From contig OZ024740.1 in the NCBI GenBank assembly GCA_964016885.1, positions 387,562,001-387,626,000 on the forward strand: a stretch of DNA of 64,000 nucleotides. The letters run 5' to 3'. Shown piece after piece: positions 1-12,323 of this stretch. Positions within the stretch are counted from its first letter, which is position 1, and every line of letters starts with the position of its first letter. The DNA is from Eledone cirrhosa. Taxonomy: Eukaryota. The notes beneath the pieces were generated by a model. It saw nothing but the letters and a program-made list of their open reading frames with translations, was not told where the DNA came from and searched no databases. The position numbers were made by a program, and so were the translations under genes.

Positions 1-1321
1 TAAAGGAGGAGTTTAAGACCGGATGCCCATGGGAATTCCTGTATGTAGATGACTTCATACTTATAGCTGAATCTATGGTAGAACTAGAGGAGAAATTCCA
101 AACTTGGAAGCAGGGACTAGAAAGAAAGGGTTTCAAAGTCAACCTGACAAAGACTAAGGTCCTTGTAAGTAGACGAGAAAACAGAACCCAGATTCCCCCA
201 GGGAAATGGCCTTGCTCAGTATGTAGAAAGGTGTAGGTAGGAACTCCATTCTTTGCCCCAAATGCAAACAATGGGTACACAAGAGATGTAGCGGGATCTC
301 AGGAAGCTTAATTAAGAATGTAGGCTTCACATGTAGCAGCTGTGCTGGGATAGCAAGCAACAAACAGCCACAGGAAACAAGTACCACCAAACTCTGCGAG
401 GGCTCTGTAGAAACAGTAGACAGCTTCTGCTACCTAGGTGACTGAATTAGCAGCGGAGGTGGGTGTCCGGAATCTACAATAACTTGGGTAAGAACGGGAT
501 GGAAGAAGTTCAGGGAGCTACAGCCACTGTTAGCTGCAAAAGGCTTTTCCCTCAAAATGAAAGGCAGACTGTATGATGCGTGTATATGAACAGCAATGTA
601 ACATGGTAGTGAGACCTGGGCGCTGTCTGTGGAAGACTTGCGTAGATTAGAAAGAAACGAAGCCTGCATGCTGCGATGGATAATAGTAATATACGCGAAC
701 GGCAAAGCATAAACGAATTGAGAGAGGGACTGAGCATAAGAGGAATCAAATGCTGTGTGCGTGAGAGATGGTTGCTTTGGTATGGATATCTGATGCGTAT
801 GAAGGATGACAGCTGCATAAAAAGGTGCAGAGCACTAGAAGTCGATGGAAACCGCGGAGTGGGGAGATCCAAGAAGATCTGGGATGAGGTGATAAAAGCC
901 GACCATGCCCAATTACACCTCTCAAAGGCGATGACACACGACCGTGACCTCTGGCGTCACGCAGTAATACAGACGCCCCCCCCCCACGGGTACAAGCCGA
1001 AGCTGAAGCATATAGACAATATGCCTCCACACCCTCCCACTGCAAAGTGGTCGTGGAGGTGCCACGGCAAAAAAGCACCCAGCCCACACTGTAAAGTGGA
1101 TGTGTAGGCGCCTAGGAAAAAAGCATCCAGCACTCACTGTAAATGAGGTTGGTGTTAAGGAGGGCATCCAGCTGTAGAAATCAAGCCAAAATCAGTTCCT
1201 GTATGAGCAAGGCATGGTCAGCCGACCAGACACTGCCCACAACAGGACAACCCGTCTAATCCATGCTAGCGTGGAAGAACGGACGTAAAACGGTGATGAT
1301 GATGATGATGATGATGATGAT
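1..1321 (+). mobile_element. RTE-clade LINE, 3' portion (degenerate RT C-terminus, 3' UTR, (GAT)n tail)
   Basis: Frame +3 from nt 3 reads KEEFKTGCPWEFLYVDDFILIAES...GFKVNLTKTKV (RT YxDD region). A Cys/His cluster follows (WPCSVCRK...CPKCKQWVHKRC), then ORF 676-1107 LLWYGYLMRM...GRSKKIWDEVIK (RTE C-terminal motif). Several stops and frameshifts. Ends in (gat)n at about 1294-1321. Confidence 0.85.
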
Positions 1322-1556
1322 ATATATAATTGTATACATTAGATAGAACCGATACAGTCAATCTATTGTTTTATGAGTAAACGCTTTCTGACAGAGAGGG
1401 GACACTGAAGGATTTGAACTTAAAACATTGAGTTATTTTAACTTCTTTATTTCACATTCCTAATAGATTTGGAAATATTACTCACCTCACTCTTAAGAGA
1501 AGTATTTACAGATAACATTATTCTTTTTGTTCTGTTTTATTTGTTTTTGATTTTAG

Positions 1557-1629
1557 ATAGTGAACCACTGGATGAAGAGGACCTGTTTTCTGGTGAACAA
1601 ATCATGAAAAGCCAGAACTATTTGAAAAC
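1557..1629 (+). other. possible small host-gene exon
   Basis: Long polypyrimidine tract ending ttttag at 1556, an open stretch (D)SEPLDEEDLFSGEQIMKSQNYLK, then a gttggt donor-like site at 1630. No partner exons found. Confidence 0.25.
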
Positions 1630-2104
1630 GTTGGTTTTAATTTTTATAGGAACGTATATTTTCTAAAATGGTTGTGATATTATAACATAAAAATATTAAA
1701 AGAACTTCTTAATATAGCAATTGTTTTGTTTTCTGTTATAGTTGATTTTGGAGTTATCTTTCCTTCTTCATTGAGAAGAGAAGATAAAAGGAATGCTATA
1801 TTCAAGAGTCCCTTGTTATTGTGTAGCTTCAAGTTTTTTTGTTAATGAATGTAATAGAATATGTTAATTTTATTCACAGTTGTATAAAAATATAATATAA
1901 TGCTTACAGAACGAAAACACAAACAAATATAATATATACAAAGGAGAAGGAAAGGAAAAAAAAGAAAGAAAAAAAAACACATTAGCAGGTAATACATGCA
2001 TTTAGGACCATGTACAACAAAAGGCAGGAGAAAAGGATGGACAAACGAGCCATTACCAGAGCAAAAGATAACAGTGTCGGGAGAAGCACTGGGAAACAAG
2101 TCAG

Positions 2105-2335
2105 ATCCGAATAAGAAATCAATCTGGTTTGTATGCACGTCTGATTTGTAGGTGATCAAGTGACCAGTTGGTTTCTTGAAGTTAGTGTTGCAAATGGTTA
2201 GATGATTTGCATCACTGAATTCTAGAAGACTTGATCCCTTTTCATTTCTTGCACTGTATTCATACTCACCATGCACTCCAGTGTAGTCTTGGTTCTGTTC
2301 AACATACCCATTGAAGTCACCTACTAGAATGATGT
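2105..2335 (-). mobile_element. RTE LINE fragment, APE endonuclease domain
   Basis: Minus strand reads IILVGDFNGYVE...HGEYEYSARNEKGSSLLEFSDANHLTICNTNFKK...ITYKSDVHTNQIDF, containing the GDFN and TY..IDF endonuclease motifs. Confidence 0.8.
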
Positions 2336-2557
2336 CTTAAAAAAAAAACGGTCGTGGAATCAAAACAATTGTTGACACAAAGACGTTAAGGTCCCTCATT
2401 ATGCAGGTGTCCTGTTAGTGAGCAGAGCAGGCTCGGTCGTCATCATGACACTACTAGAATGAAGTGGAGTAAGGAGGTAAACAAGGCTGTTTCCGAAGAG
2501 AAAAGGAAGGAAACCACATTTAAATAAGTTACTCACTACATTAGTAGAAAAGGGACA

Positions 2558-2686
2558 TATTTCATATACAAATGACTTCTACAAAACTAGAACTGTTTCA
2601 TTCATTTGAAATTATTAAGAATAACTGATAATTTCAGGTGAATGAAACGGTTCTAGACCTGTAGAAGTCATTTCTATATGAAATAC
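2558..2686. repeat. degenerate inverted pair of PLE-type termini (same family as 44276 and 54188)
   Basis: Imperfect palindrome atttcatatacaaatgacttctac...gtagaagtcatttctatatgaaat with a decayed hammerhead core (ctgataa...gaaa). Confidence 0.55.
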
Positions 2687-3128
2687 ATACACATAAGATC
2701 AGTTTTAGATATTGGGAAATAGCCCAGCAGTTCAGATTTGTTTGAGTTGACTGATTGGGACAAGTTTTTCAGAGCTAATTCCAGCACTTACAACGTCCTG
2801 TCCTTTTTGTATCTGCCCTCGCTATCTAAACGTTTTCACATTATGTGGACGGGATTAAACATTTTTCCTTCGGTCAGATATATAGCATTTTGTACAGATT
2901 GAGACATATAATAAGGAAATTCCCACTGATGAGTAAAATCCTGTGTTTGATGTATTACCAAAATATATAGTTGGTAATCGATAAGTTGCGTTGTTCTTTG
3001 ATTTTACGAAACGGCCATAAGGAGATCTATAAAATTAGTACCACCTTAAAGTATATATATTTTCCTACATATTATTTGCTCTATATATGTGTAGAAAATG
3101 TTGTGTTTCTCAAAAGATATATGCCTTT

Positions 3129-5483
3129 GGCACTGTCATGGTATTAGCTGTCAGAAGTGAAAGTAGGCGAAGGTGACGTCATTCATCAACCTTCTCAATC
3201 GTAAACATCGTTTATTTCCGTATCACCACGCGTTATTTTAATAAAAAAATAAAGCATATCGATGTAAGTGGAGTTAACTTAAATGAAAATATAGGTGGCC
3301 CTTAAAAGGGTCAAATTAGAAAACAAATTTAAGTTGATTAGAAAACTGTAGTGACCTACATTCCGCGGGCTCACATACATTCTCTGTGCGTGATTTGGCT
3401 CAGCTCAGCCAATCAGCGCCAGTAGAAGAGGATGTATCCCTACGCGTCCTGAGGGAGAAATTACCCGCGAAGATTTGAAGAATCTCTCTCTCGCACCAGG
3501 AACTTCGAACCAGCAACACGTACATGTGACGGTGAGATTTTGCACCTTAGCCTGCCGGCTTTCCGGCGCAATGGCACATTCCCTTTTGTAACCTCATTTT
3601 TATGTGTAACTTCAACCATACAAGTTAACCAACATTATTTGTGCTACAACAAAAATAAACATACATTTCATCTCTAATTTCTGCTGGTGACGTCATTATT
3701 ATGTTACTCGTGTCTCAATAACATTTATAATCCATGCTGCTAAAAAACAAACAAATTTAGAAAACAAATCATGTTTATCAAATTAGAAAACAAATTTAAG
3801 TTTATAAATAAATATATGTTCATTTATATTTTCAAAGTCATGGTTATCAATGTAGAAAACAAGTCATGGTTAACAAATTAGAAAACAAATTTAAGTTTAT
3901 AAAAAAATATATGGTTATCAAATTTTTTTCATACATTTATGAAGAAATGGGCGATACTTGGTTTTAGTGTCCTAAATGATCATCATCGACAATCAGTTAT
4001 TAGCTCCACCCACTACACGATACGTCACGTCACGACACGTCATCAGCTGCTGCTTGGTTTTTACCTTACATGCTTCATTTTTACACGGAAAAACATTGAA
4101 TTTTTATAATAAATATTTATTAAAGTATTAACAGAGAAAATTAGATTTTTGATTTATTTTTTTAACAAAATAAATATTTATTTACAGTTTTTCACAGAAA
4201 AAAAATCTTTGTTGCGATATACAGTATTTTTTTCTCTTTAAACAATATATTGTTGCGATATACAATTTAACATTTTTTCGAAACATTTACCTTCACCAGT
4301 TGGATACGTGGCATTGCGCCATCGCCACTCAAACTCCCTTAAATACGACTGAAATAGTGGTCGGCTGGTACCATTGATGCGTTTCAGTTTTTTTTTGGCA
4401 TGAGACCACATCCCCTCAATATTTTGCGTGTGTGTACTTGATATGGGATCAACGAAATGCTACGAATGATTGACAGTCAGATGTGTATAACGACTAGGCA
4501 AATTTGGTATTTGATTGTATGCCCGCCACTCATCTGTATGGATCATCGATCCATTTGCACAGGGCCTTTCAATGAGAGGCAGCAGAGTCTCAGCAGTACG
4601 ATCAGGGATTTCATGTAGAAAAATATTGCTGTAAAAGAAATACTGTATATCGCACCAATATATTGTTTAAAGAAATTTTTTTTCTATTGTTAAAAACTGT
4701 TTCGCAACAATATTTTTCTGTTTTCTAATTTTCTCTGTTAATATTTTAATAAATATTTATTATAAAAATTCAATGTTTTTCCGTGTAAAAATGAAGCATG
4801 TAAGGTAAAAACCAAGCAGCAGCAGCTGATGACGTGTCGTGACGTATCGTGTAGTGGGTGGAGCTAATAACTGATTGTCGATGATGCTAATTTAGGACAC
4901 TAAAACCAAGTATCGCCAAGAAATGTTTAGAAAACAATTTTTTTTCACCAACCTCATTCAAAAGCGTGGATACAGATGACGAATATGTTCTAATAACGTT
5001 TAGAAAATTTCACCTTTAAATTCATAGCGTCACATGAATTCAATTAGATGAGTTTGAAGCAAATTTCTGGCTGTTCCGTTTTCCCTTTTATTCCTATTCT
5101 TTACATGTTTCCACAAGCATTCTAAACATTTCTTCATACATGTATAGGGTTGGTGAAAAAAATTTGATAACCATATATTTTTTTATAAACTTAAATTTGT
5201 TTTCTAATTTGATAACCATGACTTGTTTTCTAAATTTGTTTTCTAATTTGATAATCATGACTTGTTTTCTAATTAACTTAAATTTGTTTTCTAATTTGGC
5301 CCTTTTAAGGGCCACCTTTATTTTCATTTAAGTTAACTCCACTTACATCGATATGCTTTATTTTTTATTATTAAAATAACGCGTGGTGATACGGAAATAA
5401 ACGATGTTTTCGATTGAGAAGGTTGACGAATGACGTCACCTGCGCCTACTTTCACTTCTGACAGCTAATACCATCACAGTGCC
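3129..5483. mobile_element. non-autonomous Merlin-like DNA transposon (outer)
   Basis: TIRs over 200 bp, starting GGCACTG and ending CAGTGCC. Exact 8-bp TSD atgccttt at 3121-3128 and 5484-5491. Subterminal aaattagaaaacaaattt repeats. GGNRM termini with an 8-9 bp TSD are Merlin hallmarks. Confidence 0.8.
3950..4917. mobile_element. second Merlin-like MITE nested in the first
   Basis: TIRs of about 200 bp, GGCGATACTTGG...CCAAGTATCGCC. Exact 8-bp TSD aagaaatg at 3942-3949 and 4918-4925. No ORF. Confidence 0.8.
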
Positions 5484-6371
5484 ATGCCTTTTCCTCCTCT
5501 TTCTCTATATCTTTTAAACTTGTATAATTGATATTCGAACGGAGGTCCATTGAGAATTTTTTTAATTGGGAAACATGATCGTGACTACTAACAATTTCAT
5601 ACATATGCAAACACAGAAGAAACACATTACATTTTGATGTTTATTCGTTTCCGTAGCACATTAGCGGTATAACTTAAACGTTATTAGCGGTATAACTTAA
5701 ACTCATCACAAATAAAAGTTTAGAGAATAATGGCTTTGTAAAATAATATGTGCCCACATATACTGAGAATTGTAAATCAATTTAACGCATTAAATGTATT
5801 TTTCTTCTTTAATTTCTCGACTGATAAAAAATTATTTATTCTGCTCTGTCACATAATTTGAAATGTTCCATTATCTCCAAAAATTCTCTATAAATTCAAT
5901 CGTAAAATATAAATTATACCATGTGTTTTCACTAAAATCCTATCGTATTTTACGTACACAATCACATATAAACAAGGATACATACATGCACACAGCCACT
6001 AACAGGTTTGTGTATACATTCACGCACGCAAACAACAGATCGTGAACTCAAACAACACAGCTCAAACGCAAGCAACATAACACTCACAAACATACACACA
6101 CTCATAGAAGTGCGTCTATGTATGTGATTGTGCGTGCGTTGGAGTTTGCTTGAAGCATTGCAGAGCACATTGTGTTGTTGAATTCTAGAACAATGCAAAT
6201 CGAATAATAAATATAACAGACTTATATAGAAACGTTACCTATGAGATATTTAATTAATGTTGATATTTCTATGGTAACATTTCAATATCATTGCTATTGT
6301 GATTATTGATGTTTACTATTCAACCTGTATTTTCATAGACTTCTGTATCATACTGTGCAGTGCGTATGTAC

Positions 6372-6433
<62 letters not shown>

Positions 6434-6910
6434 GTACATACGCACATATAAGACTCTCTCTGTAATTTCATTAAATAAATCTAGCAACACAAACCTTTAA
6501 TTTTCTATTAATTTTCTAATAATTTAATTTCATCCTATAACTCTTAACATAAGTTAACGTTCCAATTTTCTGTTCACACATTAGACCATACAGACACCCA
6601 TATATATGCCTTTGTTAAAATATGAGTTCTTTGGAATAACATTTTTGGCGACGTCCTCTAGCATGACTGTAGTGTGACCCTTACGCTGACTTTTCTTCTT
6701 TCTTTCTTTCTTCCCTTTTTTTTAACTCTCTGACGGAGAGGTGGTAGTACATTATAAGCCTTCGCCCCCTCACCAGATGGTCATTAGTAGACCGAGTTGC
6801 CATCACTTGAGGGCGACTGACCGAGGTGAAAGCAGCTAGTTGGCCAGTCGTCCTCTCTGTCTCTGATCTTCGGACCCATGGCTTTTATATATTCCTTTGT
6901 TATATTTCGA

Positions 6911-6968
6911 ATACCTGATGATATCACCGGATTCATACGGAACCCGGTCATTGAAATGATCATAGTAT
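6911..6968 (+). ncRNA. type I hammerhead ribozyme (minimal, palindromic stem III)
   Basis: atac-CTGATGA-[accgg...ccggt stem II]-GAAA-tgatca-TA-gtat. A related truncated copy lies at about 20540-20643. Confidence 0.7.
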
Positions 6969-7079
6969 AATACACTTTTAGTGTTCTGCCAGACCCAGGA
7001 TTATTTACTTGAGTAAATATCACCGGAATCTAACTACTAAATTTTATACAGAAGAGGATAAGATATATTTACAAAACAC

Positions 7080-8145
7080 CATATCGAATACAAGTCTTCA
7101 TTTTATTGTAACTCCGTTATAATTGTTGTACACAAATATCCTCGTACATATTTAGGTATAGTCCAAGCTATGTGTTGGGCGACATTTCCGAAGGACCATA
7201 GATACCGCAAGATCTTCAACAAACACACTGTAAAGCTCTCATATTCTACCACGCGAAATACCACGCCCAGCACATAGCTAACATTAATAGGGGTAAACTT
7301 AAAAACCACACACAACCGGAAGCTGGCAATATAGGCACCCGGCAGAACCATGTGGAGGGAAAGAAGGGTGGACCCAGTAACCCAAACAGACCCAGGGACC
7401 CCCCACCGGGCCCGGGGGAGGACGACCATATAATACGCAACGGGAACCCCACATTAGGTACGCGGAGGTCGACCACCTGCTGCAACTGCAGAAACTCAGC
7501 ATTATTCCCCCTTAGTAATGAATGCCTAAGGAAGAACTTAACATACGGATGTAGAGTAAAAACCCCCAACTCTGAACACCTTTACATAGGAGCCACATCA
7601 ACGAGCTTTAAGGACCCATGGTATAACCATCGCCATTCCTTTAACAGGGAGGACAAAAGGAAAAGTACGGCTCTTTCTGAACTGATCTGGAAGCTCAAGC
7701 TGGACAGGACCCCGTACTCTCTGGCCTGGTCCCAAATCAGGAAAGTACCACCTGATAAAGGGGGATCTGGCATCTGCAAACTATGTCTGAGCGAGACCCT
7801 CGAGATACTCAGCGGTGGAAGCAGCCTGATAAACCTCAGGACTCACTTCTTCGGGACATGTAGACACCTCAGGGCCGGGTCCTTCCTCAAGCTATATCGA
7901 CAATAACAACACACTGGGAGGGGAACTTCCTTCAAGCTATAGGGACTTCTCCGGGACATGTAGACACCCCAGGCCCCGACCTTCCTCAAGCTATATGAAC
8001 AATAACAACACTTTGGGATGGGAACTTCCCTCAAGCTATAGGGACTTCCCCGGGACATGTAGACACCTCAGAGCCGGGACCTTCCTCTAGCTATATGGGC
8101 AACAACAACGCATTGGGAAGGGAACTTCCCTCAAGCTATAGGGAC
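7080..8145 (+). mobile_element. Penelope-like element, 3' fragment with GIY-YIG endonuclease
   Basis: IFNKHTVKLSYSTT linker. ORF 7352-7906 reads CNCRN...CLRKNLTYGCRV...LYIGATSTSFKDPWYNHRHSF...TALSELIWKLK...CKLCLSE, homologous to the C-termini of ORFs 57044-58429 and 59567-60736. Confidence 0.85.
7852..8145 (+). repeat. ~100-bp tandem repeat x3 overlapping the PLE ORF end
   Basis: cgggacatgtagacac... recurs at 7852, 7952 and 8052. Confidence 0.85.
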
Positions 8146-8842
8146 AGTAGCCCCGCCACACCGAGCCCACGGTAAACCACCCCCTACACTTTCACCACCC
8201 CTACCCCTGCCTTGATCGACTCCTATGGCAGCACAGACTTATGAATATGTCCATACATAGATCCTGTTATTTAAGATTGTACATGCACTGATACTTGCAT
8301 ATGTGCGTGTGGGCTTGCAACGATGTGGGTTGACATACACGAATATGTACTCTATGCCTAATTAAAAACTGTAGTCCTCTGCATATGTACTCTATGCCTA
8401 ATGTACTCTATGCCTAATTAAAAACTGTAGTCCTCTGCATTTCCGGATTTTGACACTCAGGTTATGGTGTTTTACACTCCACTCTTGCCTCATTTGCTCT
8501 TAAAACGCACCACCCCATGATAGTGTAAAGATCGTAATCCTTTGCATTTCCCGATTCTGACACAGCCTTTATACTTCAGTCAATATTTTCCAAATCTTTC
8601 AAACTTTAATATTGACTATAACACACACGCACTTTATTCTTCTTTGATATTTGATATTGGCTATAACAAACACGCATTTTATTCTATTTTATTCATTTAT
8701 TTATTTATTTTTTTACTTCTTCATTTTTTTTTACTTCTTCATTTTATTGTATCGTACCTTATTATTTTATTATTTATTTACTTTATCTTATTTTTTTATA
8801 TTTTATTTCTTCATTTTACCTTATCTGATTCCATTATCTGTT

Positions 8843-9024
8843 GGGGATTGGCGGTATCGGTAGAGGGTCGGACGCCATGCTTTCCAGCATAGTTACGCTC
8901 CTTTACGATCTGAGTTCAAATCCCGCCGAGGTTGACTTTGCCTTTCATCCTTACGGAGGTCGATAAAATAAAGTACCAGTAATGCACTGGGTAATTGCTG
9001 GCCTTGTGCCTAAAAGTAGAAACA
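8843..9024 (+). mobile_element. tRNA-derived SINE, full length
   Basis: A box tggcggtatcggtag and B box gagttcaaatcc. TSD attatctgtt at 8833-8842 and 9025-9034. Several near-identical copies in the window. Confidence 0.85.
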
Positions 9025-9642
9025 ATTATCTGTTTGGCACCCCCACCACGTGAAAGGGTGGTGGGATTGGTGCCAACCCACACACACTCATTCTTCTAAA
9101 GACAGCAGCAGTAGAACTAAGGCTGACCTGCTAGCTGACCCCCTAACACCAATAAACACAAGGGAGGAGGTCAGCTGTACTTAACAAAACCAACCACAAC
9201 AGATGTCTTGCCTCAGAAAAACATTTCTATAGACTTTTGACTGAGGAATGTTCTCACAACTGACCAATGGGAGGAGAGAGTGTCCTATGATGTCGAAATT
9301 CGTTTGTTCGAATTCATATAATTCCAGTTCCTCAGAGAAATAACAACCCAACCAGGAGCTGGACATACCGATGTATTGACGGAGTAAAACACTTTAACAA
9401 CATGTGTACCTGTCTCTACCACACCAATTCGGACTGTCCAATGATGGCTGTCACCGAAATATATATAGCAGTACATCTTTAATAAACGAAGCCAAATCTT
9501 AAATATTTGACTTAATTACTTTATTTTACATTACTCCGGAGTAACCAAATCAACCTGTGTACTTCGCCGAGTGGTTCAATCTGCATACTGAGGTGTCGGT
9601 AAACAACCAACATATACTCAAAATTATATATATATATATATT

Positions 9643-9687
<45 letters not shown>

Positions 9688-9691
<4 letters not shown>

Positions 9692-9988
9692 TAAAACATG
9701 TCTATAGAATCACCAGATAAAATATATACCGTTTCCTCTCCCAATTAGCATAATTAACCATATAAAAAATCAATTAGACCAAGCTATAAGAATAAAGGCT
9801 CCTATGAAGAAATCCCCGTCGTAACCGCCGCGAAGGGGCTGCTTTCGGTTATTTGTCGGAGATTTCTTCATAGGAGCCTTTATTCTTATAGCTTGGTCTA
9901 ATTGATTTTTTATATGGTTAATTATGCTAATTGGGAGAGGAAACGGTATATATTTTATCTGGTGATTCTATAGACATGTTTTATGATA
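9688..9988. repeat. near-perfect inverted repeat (~127-bp arms, ~46-bp spacer) abutting (TA)n
   Basis: 9688-9814 is the reverse complement of 9861-9988. Confidence 0.9.
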
Positions 9989-10065
9989 TATAGCTCGGAT
10001 TATTTAATTTATTAATTCTTCATTGAGCCACAAAGTGACCCGTTGCAAAACACATATATATTTAT

Positions 10066-10128
<63 letters not shown>

Positions 10129-10246
10129 ATATATGTAATACACGGCCACATTAGAGCGTGGACTGTGTGTTTTTTGTCGTGACACCTACATGACCTCATT
10201 TATTTCGGACTGGATGTTGTGGTACCAACATAACTTTATATATATA

Positions 10247-11070
10247 AACGGAAAAAATGAAACGAAATTTCATTTTCCACTCTTAGTACGGCTGTTACTT
10301 AAATATAAGTATGCATACGTACATACATATATGTATACAGACGTACAGTAGTATGTATATATATATATATACATGCACACACATATTTATGTACGTATGG
10401 ATTCACCGAACATTTATTATAATGCTCGGTGTGTTTGTAAACAAACATCCCGTATTAAGCCGTAGTGTCTAGCAACCATCGTTGCTCGTTTGTTCAACAC
10501 TGACAAAGGAACGCTATACTAGTTTCAAGCTTATTAGCTATCGTCAGCAATGAATACCTTCCTGCCAGATGATTGAACGTCTGAAAGTATATACTTTCCT
10601 TATGCATATTAACGGCTGAGTAGCCCAATTTGCATATCGAGTGGGTTAATCGACCGGGTGCACCGAAAACGATAAACGGAAAAAATGAAACGAAATTTCA
10701 TTTCCCACTCTTAGTATGGCTGTTACTTAAATATAAGTATGTATACGTACATACATATATGTATACAGACGTACAGTAGTATGTATATATATATACATAC
10801 ATGCACACATATATATATGTACGTATGGATTCACCGTACTAAGAGTGGGAAATGAAATTTCGTTTCATTTTTTCCGTTTATCGTTTTCGGTGCACCCGGC
10901 CGATTAACCCACTCGATATGCAAATTGGGCTACTCAGCCGTTAATATGCATCAGGAAAGTATATACTTTCAGACGTTCAATCATCTGGCAGGAAGGTATA
11001 CGTTGCTGACGATAGCTAATAAGCTTGAAACTAGTACATCGTTCCTTTGTCAGTGTTGAACAAACGAGCA
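10247..11070. mobile_element. non-coding 428-bp tandem unit with hammerhead plus inverted copy (retrozyme-like or PLE-derived)
   Basis: aaacggaaaaaatgaaacg occurs at 10247 and 10675. About 10836-11070 is the inverse of the unit sequence around 10484-10720. HHRs at 10511-10553 (-) and 11000-11042 (+). Confidence 0.7.
11000..11042 (+). ncRNA. type I hammerhead ribozyme
   Basis: acgttg-CTGACGA-t agc taataa gct t-GAAA-ctag-TA-catcgt (stem I has one mismatch). Confidence 0.75.
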
Positions 11071-11105
11071 TGGCCTCAGCCGGATAGCTGGAACAGGTAA
11101 AAGAG

Positions 11106-11145
<40 letters not shown>

Positions 11146-11170
11146 TATATATATTATATATATATATATA

Positions 11171-12227
11171 TGCATTTGGTTATGTGTATACGTGTGTTTT
11201 GCGTCTGTGTGAGTATGCGGGTTCGTACGTATGTAGGGTGTGTGTATATGTGTACTTTATGTTTTGGTTGACGTACGTCCGCGAACATATGTCTCTTTAC
11301 ATGTGGGTGTGTGTGTGCGCGCGTTGTATACGTATTTATGTGTGTATATTTATATACGTTTATTTAATTATGTATACACGCACACAAACACATGTGTATA
11401 TATATATGTCTTTATTTATTTATTTTTGTGTATTTGGGGTATACGTTCGTATGTGTGCGGTACAGGCGTTGCGTGGGTTCTGTATATGCGTGTGTGTGCT
11501 TTCTTTTCGTTTTTTTTTTGTGTGTGTACGTGCTTGTATTTGCATACCCATGGTGAGTGGTTTCGCGTATGCTTGTGTATGTACGTATATGGATGTGTGT
11601 ATGTATATATTTAATTTCAATTACCTCTGTATTTTATTTACTTAATTCTTAACTCTGAAGCCGAGATTCATTCGGTTTCCTAAATAGAATTTTAGTCTAC
11701 GATTTCAGTTATACCATTTACGTGGTTTTGTCTTTGCGTGTAATTGTTATCAACGTCCACATAATGACCTATTATCTTCGTTTTTTCCGTTCCTTGCCAG
11801 AGAACGTCTCCATGAACCACCTAATAGAATATTAGTCTACGACTTCATTTATACCATAAACGTGGTTTTGTCTTCGCGTGTAATTGTTTTCACTGCACCA
11901 AATAATTGTTTCTACTTTAGGCACAAGGCCAGCAATCAGCCAGTGCATTACTGGTACTTTATTTTATCGACCCCGTAAGGATGAAAGGCAAAGTCAACCT
12001 CGGCGGGATTTGAACTCACTGCACCAAATAATGATGTATTATCTTCGTTTTTTTCCGTTCTTTGCCAGGGAACGTTTGCACGAACCAAAGTATCGTCTTC
12101 CTGTCTTCCTTCGGTTGCAACGTTTTTTGAAATATTTACTTCTGCGTTCACAGATTGACTTTTTTAGTTTCAGAAGATCCCGTTAAGGGTGAAAGCAGCG
12201 ATTCTTTGCTTAAACTTTAATCTGTTA

Positions 12228-12233
<6 letters not shown>
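11171..12233 (+). mobile_element. PLE family B 3' UTR/pLTR copy with hammerhead, interrupted by a SINE
   Basis: Collinear with about 60920-61800. Contains ~125-bp subrepeats. HHR at 12166-12216 (core CAGAAGA). Ends ttaatctgttattttaa followed by (TA)n. Confidence 0.8.
11907..12016 (-). mobile_element. 5'-truncated SINE
   Basis: Reverse complement of the 3' half of the 8843 SINE. TSD cactgcaccaaataat at 11891-11906 and 12017-12032. The empty site is visible in the paralogous copy near 20268. Confidence 0.85.

Positions 12234-12320
<87 letters not shown>

Positions 12321-12323
<3 letters not shown>

Noticed and set aside
2785-2830. Minus-strand micro-exon with a gtaagt donor
   Set aside because: Weak acceptor, no recognisable peptide, and no supporting exons.
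3494-3562. tRNA gene on the minus strand (ggttcgaag motif)
   Set aside because: The B box is imperfect and I could not build a cloverleaf. At most it is a decayed SINE-like piece inside the MITE.
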